From: Chiloscyllium plagiosum
Lineage: Eukaryota
Reading direction: 5' to 3'
DNA length: 64,000 nt
NCBI RefSeq assembly: GCF_004010195.1
Contig: NC_057752.1
Location: 8,018,317 to 8,082,316 of the forward strand
Under the pieces are notes generated by a model. That model was not told where the DNA came from. It worked only from the letters and a program-made list of their open reading frames with translations, and made no database searches. Shown here piece after piece: positions 38,259-51,770 of this stretch (its first letter is position 1; each line of letters starts with the position of its first letter). A program made the translations under genes and the position numbers.

Positions 38259-40195
38259 CTGATAATTGACTTTGCCACCCCAATCCTTTTTTTTAAAACA
38301 TCATCCCCGGATTTTTCAGGAAACTGCAGAAAAGCCCAGGAAGGTTTTCAACCCTATTAGTAACTAAGGGAATGTTAACAGCTGGCCTTAAATTTACTGT
38401 AAGTTGTTTGTTGACAGTACTTTTAGGTCAGCACAGACTGTTGTGTCAGAGATGAGGAATCCACACCCAGCCCCAGAGGGAAGTGCAAAATAACTCTCAA
38501 ACTTGTAAGAAGATTATTTTTAAAAATAAACACATAGAGGAGAAACACTTTACAGGATGTCAAGGCTTTGTAAGGCAGCTGAGGAAATTTACAAGAATGG
38601 GAATGTGATTATTTAAAATAACTACACAATGACAGTTAAAGGGAAATTTAATACAGATGTTCAGCATGGAAGGGTTTTTGACGGAACAGATCAGGAATGT
38701 TTCCTGTGGCAGTAGCCATCAACATGAGGATACAGATTTAAGACGACTGTACAGCAGTGATAAGAATGCTTTCACTCCAGCAAGTTATGATAATATGGAA
38801 CACACTGCTTAAAAAGCAGTGAAAGCAGTTTCAATAATAACTTGCAAGAGTAAATTTGATATACTTAAAAGAAAACAAAATGTAAAACTAATTTGATAGC
38901 TGTTCCAGAGCCAAAAAAAGCACAACAGGCCTAATGGCTTCTATGAAAAATAGAAAATCAAATACACTGAGTTTTGAACACAGAATGTTCATTAACATTA
39001 GGAGCATGAGTCATATCAATGTATGGTTTAATGAAAAATCTCTTTTAGTCGCCAGTGTCTTGATCCACAGCAGATGCCAAATTTCACATTCCATTAGCAA
39101 ATTCCTAGAGCTGCTTCTGTAAGCAGACAGTTTTGTTTCGAAATGAAAGCATGAGATTCCAGTCTATAAGAAGATGCAACACATTAAAAAGAACTGAACT
39201 GTTTTTTCACGTCAGCTCATCTTCATAACAATCTTAGAAGCAATCTTTACTTCTTAGGTTCCAAACTTCAAATTTGCGACATCACAGGAACAATCCTCTA
39301 CTCAACTCCCCCACCCCATTCTGTATTATTCAGACAGATCAGGCTTCTGATTTAACCTCTGAATATATTTTCTCATTTTCCCCTAATGCCACTAAACTTC
39401 TACTAGCCCACACCCACATACACTGTGCCAGGTGGCCTGTGAAATGTTACGGTGTTCAAAACGTCTCTGATGCCAATCATTTTATCGAAAAATTTGCTCA
39501 GTTTCCCAGAGTTACACTGTGAAACTGTGATGTTATCCAACTGGAAGTTCAGTTAGATAATCACAGGGCTCTGTTCCTGTTCTGTGAACAGTTACACATT
39601 GGGCTGCATTCTAGTGACGTAATTGAAAAAGAGCTTCTCAAATATCTTGCTGAAAAGCACTCTGAGAAGTTATCACAGAGAGGAAATCTGTGCAGTACCC
39701 ACACAACCAATGCCAGAGTTCTCTGGGACTGGTCATATCTAGGTAAAAGGATCATCAATCAGCGGTCACAGATTTAAATGTGTTTACAGATTTATTGGGG
39801 AGATAAAGAGATTTGTTGGGATCTGTGAATACATGGCATTTGCTGATTACTGAATAATTTAAAAAATAAGTTGCAAATATTCTTAGGGATGTGGAGACAA
39901 CAGGACTATCAGCAAAAAGAAAGGGTGAAGGTCTAAGCATGACTGCTCTTTCAAAATGTTAGCAGATGCCCGTCAGGATGAGTAACTCCTAATTGTGCTG
40001 TAATTTTAACGATTGTATGACTGATGCAAAGTCATGAGACCTCACTTTCTCCTTTCATTAAACTCAGCCAACCCAGATGTAAGCAATTCTTCTATCATTA
40101 CATTCCTTTATTCATTGTAAATATATAAATTGTATGACAAGGATTGATGAAAAAAGGGTTCTTTATTTGAAGATAAGATTAATATAACATAGCGA

Positions 40196-40243
40196 CAGTA
40201 GTCTACACTAGTGTACAAGACTGTACACTAGTGTAGACTACTG
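40196..40243. repeat. Perfect 22-bp inverted repeat with 4-nt loop
   Basis: cagtagtctacactagtgtaca-agac-tgtacactagtgtagactactg. Confidence 0.95.
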
Positions 40244-40416
40244 CTACTATATTTGGAGGACAGTCGTGTGAGAATTACAGCACATAATTTCATTTTTATT
40301 CACTCATGGGACGAGGATGTTGCTGGCAGTGCCAGCATTTATTACCCATCTCTAGTTGCCCTTGAGAAGGTGAGCTGCCTTCTAGAACTGCTGTAGTCCA
40401 TGCACTGGAGGTTAGT

Positions 40417-41615
40417 GTGACGAAACTATGGCTTTCAGAGGTGTATGTTGTCCTTTTTCTTTGAAGAGTTGTTTAAAGACAGAAGCAATGAGCTGTCTAT
40501 TGAAAGCCCATAACGTGAACAGATTGAGACCTTGGGGACTTTTTTAAAAGTTGAAACAATAGAAGCAGCCTGAATGGGTGAGGCCAAGCTCCCTCAGAGC
40601 CAGGATTTTTAGTTTTAGCTTTCAGCATTTGCTGCTGGGGTCTTGAAGCTAGATGTGAAAGCTGTTCTTCCCTCTCTTGGTTACAGCTAAAAGCTAGGGG
40701 TTCTCTTCCAGCTACTGGAGTTGCATGTGAAACAATCTATTTTTTTCTAAGCTTGCTTTTTGCCAAGGGTGTGTTTAGGGGATGTAAATGTAATGTTTAG
40801 GTAATGACAGCATCCTTTAGGTCTCTGGATCAAATGATGACATAGTTGATAATGTGCAAATGCTTTGATCGTGGCTATCTCCAACAAGTCTTGTACATGT
40901 TGCGGGTAAATCACCACAACTTACCTTTAATTTGGCTACTGATTAAGAAATCTCATAATCAAGTACTGAAACAATGATTTAAACTTTATTGCGTGTAGCA
41001 ACCAAAATAAGACCCTTCAAGTAAGCAAGTTAAACCTCTCAATCCAATTCGGCTATTACCTGATTCAAGGTAAAGTTTGGCTAGTTTTCATCAACAGCGA
41101 TCTGTCTCTGGAAGTGTCCATGGTTCAATCCTTAAGCAGTATTGTTCTTCAAAGTTCTGCTACTGAATTGTTCTGGTGTTTGATTTTCATCCTTCAGATC
41201 ATTATTGATGCTTCTTTAAATTCCTTTCATCCAAATTGCAGCAAGTCCGCAGCTTGCCTTCTTCTCAGAAGTAATGTCTTTGCTCCTTGTTACATTTGGC
41301 CTTAATTGTCTGTTTGAAGACACAACTTTCCTGTGATTAACTCCTTACATTCTTCTGCAGGCCAATCTTTGTCCTTTGTGGCAATAAAGCATCCAATTTA
41401 ATCAGGTGTCTAAGCAGTTTTATTTATGTAATCTCAACTCCCTCCTTCCATGGCATGGCTTCTTGCTTTCAATTCCTGTATAACTTTGTTCTTGTTTTTA
41501 ATAGACTATTCCAGACAGAGCTATTGCTGCTGCTTTTCATGTGTAACAGTTTATATTTTGTTGATTCATTCAATCCATGAACAGTTATTAAAGTTATGAA
41601 GTCTATAATATCACG
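40417..41615. mobile_element. LTR-like segments flanking a short RTE fragment (40801-40897)
   Basis: tgtgacg start; the RTE piece matches 51109-51178; second segment starts tgttgc. Confidence 0.45.
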
Positions 41616-41759
41616 ATGTCTTTTTGGCAGAACAGTGTGTATGTGATGACCAATTATTGTTCTCTACATTTGGTGAACAGAAGAATCCTATTGGAATTTC
41701 AATTCTTGACTTCTTTTTCTGATGGCTCCTTTCCAGAGTTGGGTGTCCTGTTCAACCCT

Positions 41760-42060
41760 GGATGACTGTTTTGCTTGTTTTCTTTAGATAGTGGCATTTT
41801 ATTAGCTACCTTCCAATCCATAGGAAATGTTTCAGAGTCTACAGAATTTTAAAAGATAACCATCAATACATCTACTCTTCTTAGGGCCACTTCCTTAAGT
41901 ACTCTGGGATATATTTATTGAGCCCTGGGATTTATTGGCCTTTAATCCAATCAATTTTGCTAATATCGGTTTCTGACTAATACTGATTTCTTCAGTTCCT
42001 TGCTCTTTTTAGACCCTGTGTACTGCAACATTTCTGGGACATTATTTGTATCCTCATTTG
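41760..42060 (-). mobile_element. CR1 fragment
   Basis: - strand linker region with PGLN.YPRVLKEVA-like motif. Confidence 0.6.
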
Positions 42061-42064
42061 TGAC

Positions 42065-42830
42065 TACACAACCAGAAGTATCTCATGGACGGATGCATCG
42101 TCAGAAAACAAGATGAAGTCAAGTAAAATTCTCCCTCTTGCTGGTTCTCTCACCACCTTCTGTAGACCCAGTCTCATAGCCATGCCCTGTTAGACATGAC
42201 CAGCTTGATAGTAGTGCATTTGCTGAGCCACTCTTGGTGATTGTTCATGAATCTCTCCACCCTCAGTGCTTCTTGTCAGTGGTATTCAACATGGAGGAGC
42301 ACTGACTCTGGACCCTTTGGCTAATGAATCAATGTTGAGGACTCCCATAAGAACTCCTTCCCTTTGTGCTACCATCTCTGCTGGGTCTGTCCTGCAAGTG
42401 GAACAAGATATACCCAGGGACAGTGATGGTGGTGTCTTAGACATAGTCACACTCACAGCATCATACTTTACAGCATTGTCAGGCTGTTACTTGACTTCTC
42501 TGAGACAGCTCTCCCAATTTTGGCACTAGCTCCGAGAGCTCAGGAAGGTGGATTTTACAGGGTCGACAGGGCTGCATTTATCATTATCATTTCCAGTTGA
42601 TAGGGTCTGTCCAGTTCTATTCCTTGCTTTAGACTTTGTAATGGATTTGATACAACTGCATAGCTTGCTCATCCATTTCAGAGTCAACTAGATTGCTGTG
42701 GGTCTGAAGTCACAAGTAGGTGACACTAGGTGAGGACGGAAAGTTTCTTTCCCTAAAAGATATTAGGGTATTTAACAACAATTAGCAATGGTTACAGTGG
42801 CTGCTTTTAAACTAGCATTTCATTCCAGAT
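42065..42830 (-). mobile_element. CR1-group LINE 5' UTR + APE start
   Basis: - strand gtgactt..agacccacagcaat leader runs into LVPKLGELSQR.VK. Confidence 0.75.
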
Positions 42831-43011
42831 TTTGTCTTCATGTGTATGGATGAGAGAGACTTGTCCATCATGTTTGTGACTATTTTGGAAATTGGAAACA
42901 AAGCCAAATTCTATAACACTGGCTCGTGTAGAAACATTTTCAGCAGGGATTTCACAACTGCGTCAACGACTGAGCTTCTTCATTGTATTTAAAATATCAG
43001 CAACAACAATA

Positions 43012-45075
43012 TTAGACCACATGAAATAGGAACAGGAGTAGGCAATTCGGCTACTCAAGCCTGCTCTATCATTCAATAGGATCACGGTTGATCCAACACT
43101 CCTCACTGCACTTTCCTGCCCTTTCCCCATAACCGTCAACTCCCTGAAAGATCAAGAATCTATCTCAGCCTTAAATATACACAAGGACTCTGCCCCCATA
43201 GCTCTCAACCTTTTGAGAGAAGAGAATTCCTCCTCGTTTCAGTGTTAAGCTAGCACCCCTTTATTCTGACACCATGCCCCTCTGGTCCTAGAATCTCCCA
43301 TGAGGGGAAACATCCTCTCAGCATTTACCCTGTCAAGCCCCATAAGAATCCTGTATGTTTCAATGAGATCACCTCTCATTTTTCTAAACTCCAAGCAGTA
43401 GAGTTCCAACCTGTTGAGCCTTTGCTCACAAGACAATCCCATTTTCTCTGAAGTGTCTCCAATGAAATACCTCTTCTCACATAAAGGGGTCTCTGAATAT
43501 CCAGATTTTCTTCTCCGTTTAAAAGTACTGTTCTTTGGTCCTCCCTTCCAAACTGAAAAACTTCACATTTTTTCCACATCATACTCTACTTGCCAACTTA
43601 TTGCCCACTTACATAATCGATTAATATCTCTCTGTAAACTGTATCCACCTCACAACTTGCTGTTCCAACTATTATTGTGTCATTTACAAATTTGGATAGA
43701 GAACATTCACTTCTTTTTTCCAAGTTATTGATATATTTTATAAACAGCTGCAGTCCCAGCACTGATACCTGTCAAACCCACTGGTCACAGTTTGCCAACC
43801 TGAAAAAGAATCCCTTATCCACACTTGCTGTTTCCTACCCATGAGCTAATTCTCTATCCATGCCAATATACTACCTCCAACACAATGGGCTGTTATCTTC
43901 TGACTTAACTTTTTATGAGGTATCTTGTCAAATGTCTTCTTAAGGTCTAAATGCTATATATCTACCAGTTCCCCTCTATTCACTCTGGTTGAAACCTCCT
44001 CAAAAATTTATAATAAATTAGTCAGACACAATTTCCTTTTCATGAAGCCATGCTGAGTCCGTTTGATTAGATTATGGTTATCGAAATGTGCTGCTATTAC
44101 TTCTTTAATAATTGATTCCAATACTTTTCCAACAACAGATATTGGGCTAATCAGCGTTGAGTTACCTGCTTTTTACCTCCCTCCCTTTTTGAATAGGGGT
44201 GTCACATTAGCAGTTCTCTAATCCTCTGGTTCTTCTCCAGAATCCATTTATAATTGAAAAATTACAAATGCATCCAATATCTCTGTAGCTATGTCTTTTA
44301 GGATCCTAGGATGCAAGACATCAGAGCTAGAGGGTTTATCTGCCTTTAGACCCATTAGTTTGTCTAATACTATTTCTTTAATGATGGTGACGTTACTGAA
44401 TTCCCTCCTTTAATCTTTAGTATTAATGGGATGTTCAAAGTATCTTCCATTGTAAAGGCAAATGCATAATATCTATTTAACTCCTCTGCCATTTCCTTGT
44501 TCCCCATAATGTCTTGCTAGATTCATTTTCTAAGGGGCATATGTTCACTTTGACCTTTCATGTCCTTGTTATTATATTTAAAGCTCTTATTCTCAGATTT
44601 TATATTCTTCACTAGTTGCTTATTTTCTCTCTCTCTTTGTTAGTAGTCCTATACTGGATTCTGAATTTATCCCAGCCTTTAGGATATCACTGACTTTGGT
44701 CTCATTGTATGCTTTTTCTTTCAACTTAATATTCTCCTTCCCTTCCTTGGTTAGCCATGGTTAGATTATCCTTCCCTTCAGAATTTTTCGTCCTTAATGA
44801 GCTGTATTTTGGCTGAGTCATGAATTACTTCCTTAAATGTCTGTCACTGCTTGATTACTGTCATCTTGCTAATCTATCTCCCCAGTTCACTTTAACTAAC
44901 TCTATCCTCATTTCATTGTAATTCCCTTTATTTAAGTTAAACACAGTTGTTTTCGACCCATGTTGCTCACTCTCAAACTTAATTTCTATCATGCTATGAT
45001 CACTGCTACTTTTTACTCTCAGGTTATTTACTAAACCTGCCTCATTACCAGGTCCAAGGTAGCCTGCTCCTTGGT
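43012..45075 (-). mobile_element. Decayed CR1 ORF2 and 3' end
   Basis: - strand RKMRGDLIETYRILMG, QHGFMK, DL.KTFDK. Confidence 0.8.
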
Positions 45076-45149
45076 TGGCCCCAAGAGATATTGCAGTGTC
45101 ATCAATCAGGATTTCAGTGCAGCAAGGTTATCACTTAGATTATTAAAAC

Positions 45150-45470
45150 AATAAGAAATGGAAAGAGTCCATTCAGCCCCTCAAGTCTGTTCAGCCATTC
45201 CATGGGATTATGGTTGATTTGTATGTCAACTCCATTTATTCTCCTTGACTCAAACATTCCTGAATAGCCTTGTCCAACAACAATCTATCAACCTCAGTTT
45301 TGAAATTATCAACTGATGTCCTCCTCCAGCCTTAACCTTTTGAGGGAGATTCTGTTGCAGATTCCCACTACTTTTTAAATGAAGAAATGTTTCCTGACAT
45401 CTAAGATTCTTTGACCATCCCTGAATGGCCTGGTTCTAATTTTAAGGTTCCGCCCCTTTCTTCTGGACAC
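45150..45470 (-). mobile_element. Old CR1 3' end
   Basis: ccattcagcccctcaagtctgttc tail. Confidence 0.6.
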
Positions 45471-45611
45471 CCAGCAATGCAATTATAAGCTTCAATCTCT
45501 CAAACCTGGGTGGCATCTGGAAAGTGGATTTTGAGCTGATAGTATCCACTGAGTATGTTCCCCATTAGGAAAGAAGCTCAATCTAAAAAATGCAACATCG
45601 GAAGGATGAAA

Positions 45612-45937
45612 GATTAGATTAGATTCCCTACAGTATGGAAACAGGCCCTTCGGCCCAACAAGTCCACACCGACCCTCCGAAGAGTGACCCACCCAGACCC
45701 AGTCCAATACCCTATACTGACCCCTGACTAATGCACCTAACACTACGGGAAATTTACCATGGCCAATTCAGCTGACCTGCTCATCTCTGGACTGTGCGAG
45801 GAAACCGGAGCACCCGGAGGAAACCCACGCAGACATGGGGAGAATGTGCAAACTCCACACAGACAATTGCCCGAGGTGGGAATCAAACTTGGATCCCTGG
45901 CACTGTGAGGCAACAGTGCTAACACTGAGCCACTGTG
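45612..45937 (-). mobile_element. HE1-type SINE
   Basis: Full V-SINE structure on - strand. Confidence 0.9.
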
Positions 45938-46021
45938 CAGACAAAGCTGCTGCTTTCCCAAACTTGCAATGAAATACATTAAAAAAACCATTAAATGAGA
46001 AGATGATTTTCAGATACAATT

Positions 46022-46345
46022 GGGCGGCACGGTGGCACAGTGGTTAGCACTGCTGCCTCACAGCGCCTGAGACCCGGGTTCAATTCCCGCCTCAGGCGAC
46101 TGATTGTGTGGAGTTTGCACGTTCTCCCCGTGTCTGCGTGGGTTTGCTCCAGTTTCCTCCCACAGTCCAAAGATGTGCAGGTTAGGTGAATTGGCCATGC
46201 TAAATTGCCCGTAGTGTTAGGTAAGGAGTAAATGTAGGGGTATGGGTGGGTTGCGCTTCGGCGGGTCGGTGTGGACTTGTTGGGCTGAAGGGCCTGTTTC
46301 CACACTGTAATGTAATGTAATGTAATGTAATGTAATCTAATCTAA
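46022..46345 (+). mobile_element. HE1-type SINE with (AATGT)n tail
   Basis: gggcggcacggtggcacagtggttagc, gggttcaattccc B-box. Confidence 0.92.
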
Positions 46346-47177
46346 ATAAGAGGAACAAGAAATCGGAATTTTGATCTCTCATGTCCCACAGGGTTTCAGG
46401 TATAGCAACAGCCAATTTGCCAACATGCTTGCAGCTTCACCAAAGCTGATTCCACACAAATAAACCCAGGATAGTACAGATCAGAAGACTGCCTTGTTGG
46501 TATCCTGCATAGTGCCCTGATTATCCTGCCCTCCCCTTATATTTCTGGTCATTCACTAGTTGATGCCATGACTAGGAGACAGAATTTGTTGCTTCATCAG
46601 TGCACTTCCATTATGTTATTGAATTCTTATTTCCCCTAAGCAACTCAGATTTGTCAATGGTCAGTCTGGGATGAAGTGTTACACACCGACCAAGTCCCAT
46701 ATTGAAATTCTGGATTTCAACGATACCACCTGGGGCATGGTTAGCATTGTACAATAAACCAAAATATCCCTGGCAGTAAGAAGGAAACAAAAAGGAACTT
46801 TCTGTTTAAGAGAGAAATCTGTGTCACTCTTTTTCCAAACTCTAGAAAGATAGCATGTACCATACTGTTGTTATTGTAAATGCCAATCTCTTATTTTGCC
46901 CCATTATCCAATACTGGAAGACAACTATCAGAAATAGCAGGAAACAAAGAGTGAACAAAAGAGACTCTTGTTATAAATTTTAATGAGGTGGATTACTTTC
47001 CTGCGGCTCTGGCCTGTTTTCACAGACCACACCTACAATTCCAAACAATTTCCAACCTCAATGCCAAAAACAAAACCTTGTTGTCTGAGCAACAACTTAA
47101 CAGAACTGGTTTGTTTTTTTTTCATGTCTGTGCACAGTCTTATCACAGTGAGGCTGTCAGAACCTTTGTGAGAACAT

Positions 47178-47340
47178 GGAAACAAAAGCAAAGTTCTGCA
47201 TATGCTGCAGATCTGAATTAAAAACAAAGTGTTGGAAAAACTCAGCAGACAATTGGATTGAATTAGAAATGTTAACTCTATTTCTCTCTCCACAGATGCA
47301 GCCAGACCAGCTGAGTTTCTCCAGCAATTTCTGTTTTTAT
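47178..47340. mobile_element. Degenerate fold-back PLE family C terminus
   Basis: ggaaaaactcagc ... gaaatgttaactctatttctctctccacagatgc...ctgagtttctccagc. Confidence 0.6.
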
Positions 47341-47377
47341 GTTGGAGCACGTATGTCCACTTACACACAGAGCAGGA

Positions 47378-48860
47378 AGTGGCTGAATGGTAATATCACT
47401 GGATTAGAAATCCAGAAACCCAGGTTAATATTCTGGTAACAAGGATTCAAATCACACCATGACAGATGGTGAAATTTGAATTCAATAAAATCTGCAATTA
47501 AAGGTAAATCTAAAAGCCACTGTGTAAATTATAGGCAACTGCATATGACCTGTCCTACTGGCAGGACAGACCCAAAAGAGGTGGCAGCAGAGTGGTAATC
47601 AGTCAGGAAGGGGTTCACCTGGGAAATCTCAACATCAACGGCATACCCCATGAAATCCCATTAAAACAGGCAAGAAAACTTTCTGCAGCTCCACTACAGA
47701 TCAAGATGGTCAGGCCCTAAAGGAAATAGCTGCAAGACTGGGTCTGCAGCAGGTGGTAAGGTAACCAACAAGAGGGAAAAATATACTTGACCTCTTCCTT
47801 ACTAATCTGCGGCTGCAGATGTATCTGTCCATGACAGTATCAGTAAGAGCGACCACTGCACTGTCCTTGTGCAGACGAAGATATGCCCTTGCCAATGAGG
47901 GTGCCTTCAATTGTGTTGTGTGGCACTATTAGGCAAAAGTGAGGACTGCAGGTGCTGGAAATCAGAGTCTAGATTAGAGTGGTGCTGGAAAAGCACAGCA
48001 GGTCAGGCAGTATCCGAAAAGCAGGAAAATCAACGTTTCGGGCAAAAACCCTTCATTAGGAATGAAGGGGCACTGTTCAGTTAGCATAGCACTATTGCCT
48101 TGCTAACTGAACAGATCTAGCAATTCAATACTGGGCATCCAAGAGGTGCTGTGAGCCATCAGCTGCAACAGAGTCATACTCCAGCACAATCTGTAATCTC
48201 ATGGCCCATCATATCCCCCACTCAACTATTACCATCAAGCCTGGAGATCAACCCTGGTTCAATGGAGACTGCAGGATGGTATGCCAGGAGCAGCACCAGG
48301 CATTTCAAAAATAAGATGTCAACCTAGCGAGGCTACGAAACAGGACTACTCGTATGCCAGACAGCATAAGCAGCAAGTGATTCACAGAGCTAAGTGATCC
48401 CACAACCAATGGATCAGATCTAAGTTCTGCAGTCCTACCACATCCAGTCATGAATGGTGGTTGATGATTAAACAACTCACTGGAGGAGGCGGCTCCACAA
48501 GTATCCCCATCCTCAAATGATGGAAGAGCCCAACATATCAGTGTAAAAGATAAGGCTGAAGCATTAGAAAAACCATTCAACCAGAAGTGCCAAGTGAATG
48601 ATCCACCTAGGGTTCCTCCAGTGGCCCCCAACATCACATTTCAATTTACTCCACGTGATATCAAGAAACGGTTGCAGGCACTGGATACTGCAAAGGCTCT
48701 GGGCCCTGACAACATTCCAGCAATAGTACTGAAGACTTGTGCTCCAGAACTTGCTGCTCCCCTAGCCAAGCTCTTCCAGTACAGTTACAACACTGGCATC
48801 TACCCGACAATGTGGAAAATTCCCCAGGTATGTCCTGTGTATAAAAAGCAGAACAAATCT
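47378..48860 (+). mobile_element. CR1-group LINE 5' half with tRNA-like head
   Basis: gtggctgaatggtaatatcactggattag...ggattcaaatcac head, then APE and KALGPDNIPAIVLK. Confidence 0.85.
47931..48088 (-). mobile_element. PLE family A terminal insertion with TSD gcactatt
   Basis: gcactatt at 47923-47930 and 48089-48096. Confidence 0.8.
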
Positions 48861-49194
48861 CTAATGATAGCTGCTAATCCTGACAGCAAGAAGTTGCAGC
48901 ATGAGTTGACTATATTCCAGACATGGTCCTGACAGAAGACAGGCTTTTAGAGAGCCCTGAAGAGCACCCCATTCCACCCTCCCCCCCCCCCCAGTCTATA
49001 ATCAGGAGCTGCATATTATGATTCAGGCTGTGTACCTTGTGGAAGAAATACATTGCCAGGGCACTCCATCTGGGAGGAGGCTCAACTCAAAAACCCAGCT
49101 CTTTTTTTTTGTTTTAAAGCACCAAATCACTCAATTAATTAAAATACAAGCACTGCCTGCATGGCCAGCCCAGTGGAGTTGGTTTTGGCTTTAT

Positions 49195-51185
49195 CATGGT
49201 CTTGATGCTGCTGCTATTGGCTGCTTCGGGGGCAGATGCTAGTCAGCTTGTACATGATGCGGAGAACCCATCTCAAACAGCATTGATGATACATCTCAAG
49301 GACTTGAAGGGGTATCTACATGCAGTCCAATTTTCAGAGCCATATAGAAAAGCCGGAAGGATGACTGTCTTACACATAAAGATCTTGGTATCAGCATGGA
49401 TGTCACAGTCATTGAAGACTCTCATCCTTAGGCGTCTGATGGTGGCGCTTACAAATTGGATGCGATATTGAATCTCCACACTGAGGTCAGTCTTAAGATG
49501 AGAAGTACCTTCTCAGGTAAGGGAAATGTTCCACATTTGGGAAGATTTCTTTGTTGATTTTAATGTAGGAATGGACCAGAGCTTGACCTAGAACAGGTTG
49601 GTAAAGGATTTCCATCACCTTGAGATTAAGGCTGAGGCCATTTCTTCGGTATGCTTCCACAAAGACATTAGGCAAGACTTGAAGACTCTCTTCTGAGAAA
49701 GCAGAGATGGCATTGCCATCCACATGCTAAAGTTCCACAAGTGAGGGTGGTGTCATTTTCTTCTTGGTTTCAGTGGTGGAGGTTGAAAAGTTTTCCATCC
49801 ATCCTGTAGACAATGTCTACACGGCTGGCAAGCTTGTTCTTGACAAGGTGGAGCATGGTGGCAATGAGGATGGAGAAATGGGTAGGGGTGATGACACATT
49901 CATGCTTGACCTCAAAGGATTCTGTCATATTTACCACTGGGAAGGACCATCGTCAACATCTTGTGTTGGAGCCGGAGAATGTTGATGAATTTCACTGGAA
50001 AGCCGGCCTTTAACAAAGCCTTCCATAGCACTTCCTGATTGAGTCAAAGGCCTTGGTCAGATTGATGAAGGGCATGTAGAGAGGTTAGTGTTGTTCCTGG
50101 AACTTCTCCTGGAGTTGCTGAGCAGCAAAAATCATACCCATCAAAGCCACAGTAACTTTCAAGAAGGATTTCCTCACGCTGGGAGAAGGCACCTGGGAGG
50201 ATTCAGGCGATGAGCTGCCTGGCGACGGAGAGTAGGGAAATTCCACAGTAGTTCCTACTGCCCACTTTATCTCCTTTCTTGAAGACAGTGGCACTGGCAG
50301 CATCCCTGAGGTTGGCAGGGATATCTTTTTCCATTTTTCATGAGATTAATGGAGGCTTCAACTTCTGCCACACTAGGTAGGAGTGCAAGAACATCTTTGT
50401 TGAGGAGTTAGGGGATTTCCTCAAACACATTCTCATCTCCAGTTGTATCACAGTTTAGGAGTTCATTGAAAGGTTTTTTCGTCAGAGGCTGATGTTTACT
50501 CTGTCTCTTAAAAGGATTCCATCTTTACTCCACACCGGTTGAAGCCATGGGTATTGGGTCCTGCAATTGCCTTGGTGACACTGAAGAAACCCCGGTGTCA
50601 TGCTTGTCAGTAATGAGCTGCAGCTCCTTAGTTTTCTCAGTCTGTCATTGGTTCTTGATGCCCCCAGCTCTTCTCTGTAATGCTGCCTTTTCTGTAACAG
50701 TAACTCTGCCTTTTCATTTTGAGGAGTTCTCCTCTTTGCTTCACTGACGATGTCACTCACCCAGGAATGGAGAGCTTTCCTCTTCTTGTCAATGAGGTCT
50801 TAGATGATGTGGTCATTAAACCAGTTTTGGTGTTTCCTGGTCTTGTAGCCAATGGTTTCTTCACAGCTTCAGATGATGGCTGTCTTCAGCTCTTTCCAGA
50901 TTTCCTCCACCCCATGAAAATGAACTCTTTGCAGCTTTTAGTGAAGACATTGTTGGAAGTTTGCTAGCCTTCTTGAAACTACTTAATGATGAGCGTTTTT
51001 CTAAAATGTTTCTTAGTCTTCAGCTGCTTCTGGTGGTATTTGATGGATATTGAGGAGCAAATGAGCCGGTGTTCTCTCCAGCAGTCATCTGCACTGGTCT
51101 TCGCTTTGGTCATGACAGCATCCTTTCGGTCTCTGGATCAAATGATGACATAGTTGATCATGTGCAAATGCTTTGATGTTGCTGT
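49195..51185 (-). mobile_element. RTE (BovB-like) LINE, decayed
   Basis: - strand KHLHMINYVII (APE), MIFAAQQLQEKFQEQH, FINLTKAFDS, VEHFPYL, VILPAFLYGSENWT. Confidence 0.85.
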
Positions 51186-51189
51186 TACC

Positions 51190-51660
51190 TGGTTACTTCT
51201 TCAATACATTCGATCAAGTTGGTCAGAAATGACTTCCGGTTAGCAAAGCCATGCTGACTGTTCTTGATTAATCCCTGCATCTCCATGTGCAGATTCATTC
51301 TATCCTTCAGAATTGCTTCCAATAGGTTCCCCAGCACTGAGGTTAGAAAGACTGGCCTGTAGTTTCCTGGTTTATCCCTTCTTGAACAACAGCACCATGT
51401 TAGCTGTCCTCCAGTCCTCTGGCACCCCTCCTGTGGTGAGAGGAGTTGAAACTTATTGACAGCACCTCTGCTATTTCCTCCTTTGCCACACTCAACAGCC
51501 TGGGATACATTTCATCTGGCCCAGACGATTTGTCTGCTTTTAATCCTGCCAGACCACACAGAACCTCCTTTCTGTCTGTATTAGTTTCTTTAATTATATC
51601 ACAGTCCTTCTCCCTGATTTGCTTATCCACATTGTCCCTCTCACTAATGAACACTGACAC
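51190..51660 (-). mobile_element. CR1 fragment
   Basis: ADKSSGPDEMYPRLL, QHGFA. Confidence 0.8.
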
Positions 51661-51770
51661 TTCAATTCCACCTGCTGCCCTGGGATTTGAACTCTCGGCC
51701 TCAGAACATGAGCCTGGCCTCTAGATCATAAGTCCAATAACACAGTCACTTTGCCACCATTTCGCCAGTG

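Noticed and set aside
46022..46095. tRNA gene-like A/B boxes (also 4716, 29999, 47378)
   Set aside because: They continue into SINE/LINE bodies; these are tRNA-derived heads, not tRNA genes
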